This document shows, one piece after another, positions 61,273 to 64,000 of a stretch of 64,000 nt of DNA; position 1 is the stretch's first letter; every line of letters begins with the position of its first letter. The position numbers were made by a program, and so were the translations under genes. Source of the DNA: Vicugna vicugna (Eukaryota); NCBI GenBank assembly GCA_013265495.1, contig MU058584.1, positions 5,090,508-5,154,507 on the forward strand, read 5' to 3'. The notes beneath the pieces were generated by a model that did not search any database, was not told the DNA's origin, and saw nothing but the letters and a program-made list of their open reading frames with translations.

Positions 61273-63289
61273 CTCCCGGTAACAGTCGGTATGCCCCCTT
61301 TCTTCTACTCAGAAGTTTTTCCAGAGAGGGGAGGAAATAATCCTGACTTCTTGACGTCGGGAACCACGCAGGGGGTCTTACCATTTCAGTTGCAAACTCT
61401 CCTTTAAGCTCCGTATTTCGCACGGCATCACATGTCTCCTGGGCCCCCAGGATGTTTGCAATCAATCCTGTTTTCAGTCGCACCCCATATTTTTTTTTCC
61501 CAAAGGCAACTGGTACTTTCAATTCCGAGCCTTTAAGGGGTTTTGTGGTACAAATCAGTTTGCCTGCTGTTGGCTTTTCTCCCTCCCACCCTACTTTTGA
61601 TAGTCTTATTTGCTTGGCCGTATCGAATCAGTTACCATTCACGAGTCCACTGTGTATCATCTGAAATGTACAGATGTCCCTAATCTGCTGTCACTGTCCT
61701 CGGCGGCTTATAAATTATAACATTTTTGCATTTTAAACCCATGTTACTGGGATTTCCGAAAGGCTTAGGGACAGACAAGTTATTCAATTCATTATGATTA
61801 ACTGGAATTCTCTTTATCTCTTTTTAAGTACTTTACAGATTAGAAAACTGAGGCGAGTGGCTAAGCAATTTGTGAGACTTTAAAATCCAGTCCTGATTGA
61901 CTTCCAAGTCTGCATTCCCATGAACTCACGGCCTGAAGCAGTTGGTGTCTGGAAAGCAACTGGAGCTGAACCTCCCAGGTTGACAAATAACAGCTCTGTG
62001 GCATCCTTATACGCATGGAGTCTGCACAGAAATACCTTGATTTGTTCAAAATGCATTTCATTAAGTTATCAGGCATAGAAATCTCCTCGAATCTTAAAGG
62101 TGGCTGCCCAGTTATGAACCATACTTCCCAACTCCTCCTCCCCCTTTCACCTACGTGGCTCCCAGTGACTAGCTCATATCCACGGAATATGAGCAGGAAT
62201 GAGGTGTGTTATCTCTAGGCCAAAGAGGTTAAAAAGCAGCTTCTCCATCCTTTGTTCTCCTCCACCTGCCTGTTGGAGGCTGATGAGTAACTTTAATGTG
62301 AATTAGAGGCAAACTTTTATGGTAATAAGCCACTGGTAATTTTTAGCTTGTTGGTTACAGCAGCTGGTATCAGAGTAACCACCACTTCCGTGCTGATTAG
62401 GCAAAACCAAAGCACAGACCCGGCAAAGGGCAGCGTCTTTTCAGAGGAAGGAATGCTTTTTTGCTTTTCACAAAGTCTCTTCTGCTAGCCAAGCTGCACA
62501 ACTGTGGGCTGCATCCCCTCAAGAATGAGAGAGTTTGCCACGTTGCACAAAGGCGATAAATAGGTCTAGTGCTGGCCCCACAGGAATTAATCATCAGTGA
62601 TTCTCCGTGAATGAGGAAGCTCAGTAGTATGGACAATAAACCTGCATTAAGTCCCTGCCCTTTGGACATATTATCCATAGATACAAGAAACTGGATAGCT
62701 TAGAACAGTCCTGTGCAATGTTCAAGAAGTGAATTCAATCAATAGAATAGTCAGTGATTTTTGAAAAATGGCTTAAAATCTTGGCTCTCAGTGTGAGAAA
62801 GTGAGGTCCCCTTCCTTGTTTAAAAGCTAACTCTCTGATGAAACACATGAGGGACAGGAAATGAATCTGGTCACAATCCAAAAGCTAAATTTTCCAGCCT
62901 TGATATAATTCTTCCAGGAAAAGTACAATGCCGTGGGGAAATAGGGAATGGCTAGACAGAGAATTCAATTAGCCCTTTGCAAACTGAGTTTGCTTACACA
63001 TTTTAAGATAAAAATTATCCTTAATGTGTCCTTTCCTCTCCTATCCAAATACATGGTTTGCTGGGTACATTTGTGCCAAGACACATTTTCATATGGTCCT
63101 TCATTTAGTTGTGAATCAACATCTTGGATGCTCAGTGGATACTTAGCAATCATTGTAACTTAGGAGAACAGAAGGAAGAACTAAACAGGAGGAGAATGAG
63201 GCAATGATTTTAGGTCCACTTATCCAAGGTTATCTTGAACACCCTGCCTGAGAGTACAGATGTATGGATCCTTGGATCTAAACTCCAGG

Positions 63290-63425
63290 GACTGAGTTCC
63301 CCATCACTGAAAGCATCCAAGCAGGCTGGAGGGGGGGGTCCCTTTTTCAGAATTAATACTATTTAGGGTAGGAAGCTAGAAGAGATGATTGGTAAGGCCT
63401 CTTACAAACCTAAGACTCAATGACA
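63290..63425 (+). mobile_element. L3/CR1 3' terminal fragment
   Basis: 'ttccccatcactgaaagcatccaagcaggctgga...taaggcctcttacaaacctaagactcaatga'. Confidence 0.6.
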
Positions 63426-64000
63426 ATGAAATGGCCGCCAAAATGCCCTTTATATCTGGAGGCCCAAATGGGCAGCCCATTTTTCTGAGCTCTGAGAAGT
63501 AAACCCACAGGAAGATGGTGACTGCCATATGGTATGGAGGATGGCAGAGCTCCTATTTAATATAGAATTTGCCTCCTATAGAGGCACACAAAGTTCTTTG
63601 ATTTAAAGCAGTAATTACTTCCTTGGCTTGCCCACATTAGGTTGTCAGGCTTGGAGCTCTGTTGCTGCTGTGCCCTCATCAGAATCAAATTACTAAAAAG
63701 GTCAGCGTCATTAATATGTGGTTTGCAAAGACTGAAAATGCCAGACGGAAAGTCTGTGAGCATCCAGAGCCTTGAGTCAACAGCTTGGCCCTTGTTTGTT
63801 TATTTTACTGTTATTATTATTTGCTCCAAGTTTTACAGCTCAAGATCATAAGCCTAAAACCACCTGTAGAAACTTACAAGTCATAATGGTCACCTAACCA
63901 CCTTAGATGTTTTATCTAACCTGGTGGAACAAACTCCCTGAGTCTCTTCCCAGCCAGATGGAAACTCCTTGATGGTAGAGGCCCCGCTTCTTTGAATTTC

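Noticed and set aside
1..64000. A novel multi-gene or prokaryote-type system
   Set aside because: No operon-like structure, long ORFs or compositional island; the content is explained by mammalian repeats and non-coding DNA.

Overview
This is AT-rich mammalian, repeat-dense, intronic or intergenic DNA, not prokaryotic. It is most likely camelid, because two tRNA-Ala(AGC)-derived SINEs resemble the camelid Vic-1 family. I cannot recognise any protein-coding gene. The ORFs in the track are chance ORFs or decayed transposon coding sequence (L1 ORF2, Tigger1 transposase, CR1/L3 ORF2). The window holds a layered transposable-element record: ancient MIR, L2, CR1/L3, HAL1 and hAT MER elements; MaLR and ERVL solo LTRs; a 5'-truncated Tigger1; an ERV1 (MER41-like) solo LTR; and younger L1 and SINE copies with target-site duplications (TSDs). 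The best-supported curiosities are three 5'-inverted L1 insertions (two of them nested in one MIR) and the MER41-like LTR, which has a STAT/GAS site and three internal ~93-bp repeats. There are also several enhancer-like or exon-like unique segments, which are speculative. I found no evidence for a novel multi-gene system. Repeat family names come from recalled consensus features rather than a database search, and most boundaries are approximate.
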